Source: Octopus sinensis
Lineage: Eukaryota
Direction of reading: 5' to 3'
Length of the DNA: 64,000 nt
Assembly: GCF_006345805.1 (NCBI RefSeq)
Contig: NC_042999.1
Coordinates: 163,308,001 to 163,372,000 of the forward strand
The notes below the pieces were generated by a model, which saw only the letters and a list, made by a program, of their open reading frames with translations, did not search any database and was not told the origin of the DNA. Shown one piece after another: positions 59,290 to 64,000 of the stretch (position 1 is the first letter of the stretch; the number at the start of each line of letters is the position of its first letter). The position numbers were made by a program, and so were the translations under genes.

Positions 59290-59975
59290 GAGGTGAGCGT
59301 CAGTGGATTTGGTTGACGGAAACTGAAAGAAGTCTGCCCTGTGTGTGTGTGTGTGTGTATTTGTGCCTGTGTTTATTTTCCCCCACCATCGCTTAGAAAC
59401 TGATGCTGGTGTGTTTACATCCCCGTAACTTAGTGGTTCAGCAGAAGACATCGATAGAATAAGCACCAGGCTTACAAAGAATAAGTCCAGGGGTTGATTT
59501 TATCAACTGAAAGGCAGTACTCCAGCATGGCCACACTAAAATGACTGAAAAAAGTAACAGAGCAAAAGAGAAATATATATATATATATAGGCGCAGGAGT
59601 GGCTGTGTGGTAAGTAACCAACCACATGGTTCCGGGTTCAGTCCCACTGCGTGGCATCTTGGGCAAGTGTCTTCTGCTATAGCTCCGGGCCGACCAATGC
59701 CTTGTGAGTGGATTTGGTAGACGGAAACTGAAAGATGCCTGTCGTATATATGTATATATATATGTTTGTGTGTCTATGTTTGTCCCCCTAGCATTGCTTG
59801 ACAACCGATGCTGGTGTGTTTACGTCCCCGTCACTTAGCAGTTCGGCAAAAGAGACCGATAGAATAAGTACTGGGCTTACAAAGAATAAGTCCCGGGGTC
59901 GATTTGCTCGACTAAAGGCGGTGCTCCAGCATGGCCGCAGTCAAATGACTGAAACAAGTAAAAGAGTAAGAGAGA
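59290..59975 (+). mobile_element. Two adjacent SINE family A copies (partial, then full)
   Basis: 59290-59570 is 5'-truncated; 59585-59975 is complete. Confidence 0.88.
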
Positions 59976-59995
59976 GTATATATGTTCTTTCTCTA

Positions 59996-60053
<58 letters not shown>

Positions 60054-60959
60054 CACAACAAAAAAAAAATGTAACAAGAATGTAACAGGCGAAAACAAAA
60101 CATCTGGACAGTTAGACAGTATAAAAAAGGATGGGTCATTCAGAGCTTTCTGTTGTCAGTCGAGTTCCAGATCATCATTGCAGTTTCAGCCTGTTACACT
60201 CGAGACTGCTCCAATCTGGCTGGCCCAAGAAAATCTAAACTAAGAGCACTAGATTCTTTGGAAGAAAGCAAGCGAATGTTTACGAAAACAAGGACCAAAA
60301 AATCATAGAAATGGTACACAATTACAAATACAAACAACATCACATTAACAACAGTTGTTTTTCGACTAAGGACGAATTAAATTAAGATGACATATGTGGA
60401 AGTGAAGCCTTATAGCAGGAACATAAGAGATGAAAATCATGGGAAGGAACATAAGAGATGCTACACAGATGGTAGTCAAACCAAGAAAGAAAGGTCAGGC
60501 TTGGCAGAACACCGGTTACATGGAAGGAGAGGAGAGAGGTAAGGGGCAGAGGGATTGAAGAATTAGGGAGAGATGAGAAAGAGAGAAAAAGGAAGGAAAG
60601 GGGCAAAGTGAGGTAAAGAGAAGAGAAAATGAAGAGAGTGAAGGGAATTTATGGGGGAGCAGAGGGGGCAATTGCCCAGGCATATAGATATTGGGGGCCC
60701 CCTGTTAAGAAGAGTATGTAGCACTGAATACAGGGTGGGTCTTCCTACTTCCCAGGAATTCAGGCAGGAAGAGGTCCACTTTCAATATATAAAGGGGTCT
60801 TGACTTCTTAAAAAATGTAATGGATCTTCCTTTTATGATAAATAAAAATAGATTTTGCCACCTTAGAGACACCAATTAGAATTAAAAAACAGTTTATACT
60901 CAGTCCCACCCAAAGGAATTGTAGCTACTTTTGGGACAACAGAGAAAATGGAAACAACA

Positions 60960-62000
60960 GAACACTTTTGACAATGAAGAATGGGATCATGTGGTGTGAT
61001 GCCAGCAGCATAGCAACGGGAGTTGTCCTGGCAATTGGAGGTGTCATGGTGGAGGATATGGCCTGGCTCAGGAAGAAGGACGACTGCAACCACATCAATG
61101 TGGCAGAGCTGGATGCTGTGTTGAAGGAGCTGAACCTGGCCTTGAGGTGGGGGCTGCATACCATTGAGATCTGGACTGATTCAGATGGGTGGGATCAGTG
61201 GTCACCAGCGAGCAGAGAGTGCAAACCAAAGGGGATTATAAAATGCCGTTTGGGAATTCTGGGTGAGCTAGCTGCTAAGTTTGACCTGAGGTTGAGTGTG
61301 GTTTTTGTGCCCTCTGAGAGGAACAGAGTGGGCTTCCTGACCAGAATAAAGAAAGTGTGGTTGCAGATGCCAGAGGATCTAGAGCAAGGCTGCAGTGTAT
61401 CCACTGAGTGACTCGGAGCTGAGGAGATTGCATACCATGCATCACATGGGGGTCAACAGGACCCTGTTTCTTGTCAGGAAAGTTGACTTTGACATGACCA
61501 GGCAGAGTGTGCAAAGAGTAGTCGGGAGCTGCGACAGGTGCCAGTCCATTGACCCTGCTCTGGGTGTGCAGGAGGCAGGGAGCATTCCAGTGGAACACAA
61601 CTGGAAATGACTGGCAGTGAACATGATGCACTACCAGCAGGGGACGTACCTCTCGATGGTCGACTGCAGACCAGGGCAGTTGGCCATATGGAGGGAGATG
61701 AAGGCAGGGATCATGGAGGAAATCACAAAAATACTAAATGAGATATTTCTTGAATGAGGCCCCGTGGATGAGCTGCTGGTGGACAATGGCACTGCATTTC
61801 GCTTGGAGGTGCTGGGGGAAATGCTCAACAAGTGGCATGTTAACTGTTTCTGTTTCTGGTAATGGGGTTGTGGAGAGGCATCATCGCACCATCAAGACCA
61901 TAGCAGAGAGGGGCCACATCTCACCAGTTGAGGCCATTTTTGGGTATAATATGTTGCCCAAGTCGGGACAGGCTGAGGAGTGAGTGCCACATGGAGAAAT
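60960..62000 (+). mobile_element. Gypsy RNase H-integrase fragment, same family as 47352-51192
   Basis: WCDASSIATGVVL..NHINVAELDAVLK..HHMGVNRT..CDRCQSID..VDNGTAF..GNGVVERHH. Confidence 0.88.
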
Positions 62001-62028
62001 GAGAACCCAGGTTCGAAATTTCCCCAAG

Positions 62029-62072
62029 ACACCTGAAGGAGGCTGGAAGGTATATCAGCTGAAATGTTGTGT
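62029..62072 (+). ncRNA. Degenerate Penelope-type minimal hammerhead in a pLTR fragment (about 62000-62160)
   Basis: ACAC-CTGAAGG-A-GGCTG (10-nt loop) CAGCT-GAAA-TGTT-GTGT; core A9 replaced by G, plus CpG-type decay. Confidence 0.55.
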
Positions 62073-62519
62073 TAACAACAAACAAGATGAAGACAAATAT
62101 CCGTCAAATTAAATAATGTAAATAATGTACATAATTCCTCATCTCTTAAATATAGAATTGTATTCAACAGTCAATCAAACAGTCAATTCAACAGCTGATG
62201 GAGAGATCAGTGAATCAAAATTAAAGATGTCTTTAAAGATTGCCTTCAACTGGTAATGTGGATTGCTTGTCTCTAGCAAGTGTTGAAACCATCTGTCATA
62301 ATAAATGTTTGTAGCCTGAGATTTGGGTGAGTTGAGCTCAAGTCCAATTCCCAACAAGGTGGGGATTGCAGATACATTCATCAGGTCTGGCTTTTGTCAC
62401 ATCATCTAAATTCCAGACACTGAAAAGTACTGCGCTGCACGAGTCACACAAAATGCAAACAGAAAAGGGCCTAGGAAATTATCTGTTGGATGCCAGAGCA
62501 ACATGCTATAATGAGACGG

Positions 62520-62715
62520 TGAGCTGGCAGAAACTTTAGCACACTGGGTGAAATGCTTAGCGATATTTCATCCGTCTTTACGTTCTGAAGTCGATTTTGC
62601 CTTTCTTCCTTTCGGAGTCAATAAATTAAGTACCAGTTGCATACTGAGGGTGATCTAATCAACTGGCCCCCTCCCACAAAATTTTGAGCCTTGTGCCTAA
62701 AGTAGAAAAGAATAT
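62520..62715 (+). mobile_element. SINE family C
   Basis: GAGCTGGCAGAAAC..GAAATGCTTAGCG..GCCTTTC.TCCTTTCGG..AAGTACCAG..GCCTTGTGCC. Confidence 0.75.
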
Positions 62716-63234
62716 TGGTGGTGTCTGTGGTTAGACAGACAAAACTTGACTTATTTCCAGCATGTCTTGATGTATGCAGTTCAATACCTTCTTTAATCCA
62801 AGCTTACATTAGCACAAGAACCAAAATTTGTTGTGGGATAAGAGGTCGTACTGATGTTGCCTTCTACTGTCGCCAGGCCAAGCTGAAGCTACCTTTCAAG
62901 TTCATTGTTGAGGAAAAGTAAGGCTCTTGACTATGCTTGAAAACTTCATGTGAAACAGATCTTCCTTACACAGATGGAAAAATAAAAATAAGACATGTTT
63001 TTTCTTTTGTACTTTAGTGAATTAATTTCAAATTGTATTATTACTGTCCAATGATTTCAAAATACAATAATATGTGTTGAAAAACAGATTATCACAAATT
63101 ATTTCAAACAACATTATTACATATTCCAAAATATATTATCATATCCAAAATACATTAATACAATCAAATCATTTCAAGATTATGGATTCCAAAGTTCATT
63201 TAGATAACTTCAAAATACCTTATTAAACTCTTCA

Positions 63235-63720
63235 AAGTCCAATGTAGGTTGTGCAAATCAAAAGAGGAAAAGGTTATTCATATAGTAAGTGGATGTAGTA
63301 GTATGCTGGCAGAGAAAGAATACAAGAAAAGACATGACAACCTAGGGAGAGTAATCCACTTGGAGTTATGTAGAAAGCTAGGATTGGAACATACTGATAA
63401 ATGGTATGAACATGAACCTAGTAAAGTACTAGATAGTAAGAAATATAAGATGTTGCAAGACTTTAACATGCAGATGGACAGAGCAATTGAAGCTAGAAGG
63501 CTGATTTACTCTTGTAGTTACAGGTGCATTAGGAACTATTCCTAAAAATCTGAACAGATGGATAGAGGAAATAGGCATAAAAACCAGTTTAGTACAGCTT
63601 CAGAAAACAGTGTTATTAGGGACAGCTAGGATACTTAAGAGGGTTCTTGGCATCTAAGGTCACTTGTTGTAGCCTGATGTAAGGAATTTTTCTTTTTCAA
63701 CAGTCTAATCATCATCATCA
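63235..63720 (+). mobile_element. R4/Dong-like non-LTR 3' end, restriction-like endonuclease core deleted
   Basis: CRLCKSKEEKVIHIVSGC..YKKRHD..WYEHEP..DRAIEARR, then GALGTIPKNL..LQKTVLLGTARIL; trinucleotide tail. Confidence 0.82.
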
Positions 63721-64000
63721 TTATTTCTAATTTAGATATAAAGCCAGTAACTTTTGTAAAGAGAAGGTTATTGACTCTAACACTTGACTAATACATATGT
63801 GTTCATACACACATGTATATAGATACATACATATATTTACTAAAGATCTCTTCAACACAGAGAGACAAGGCTCGACTGGCTCCTGTGCCAGTGGCACGTA
63901 AAATGCACCAACCAATAGTAATCAATGCTAGTACCACCTGACTGGCGCCTTGCTCATCCCAAACAACCAAGCAAAATGTTGGTGAATAGCCTTTTGCATC

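Overview
AT-rich, microsatellite-dense animal genomic DNA. The SINE, RTE and Penelope repeat content looks like coleoid cephalopod (Octopus) sequence; this is an inference. The host gene is DAW1 (WDR69/ODA16, outer dynein arm assembly factor) on the minus strand. Ten coding exons were recovered by hand, from ATG 55851 down to 5637 (877 nt, continuous frame: MKLKRFLVRYYPPG...[12 protein letters not shown]). The remaining 3' exons were not found and presumably lie left of the window. An RFX X-box lies about 100 bp upstream of the ATG. The most notable result is the intron 33124-31271. It has a perfect U12 (minor spliceosome) 5' site ATATCCTTT and a U12-type branch site, and best restores homology if it ends in AA, making it an AT-AA intron. 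The introns are packed with nested mobile DNA: a Sola2-like element carrying RTE, mariner, SINE and Penelope-like inserts; a piggyBac split by a Gypsy LTR element; mariner derivatives built from two identical ends; MITEs; a Helitron; RTE, Tx1-like and R4/Dong LINE relics; and three SINE families. Several short Penelope/retrozyme-like elements, mostly embedded in (TA)n tracts, carry minimal type I hammerhead ribozyme motifs, and a Naiad-type GIY-YIG relic is present. Family assignments and human comparisons are from memory and by-eye alignment; no searches were run.
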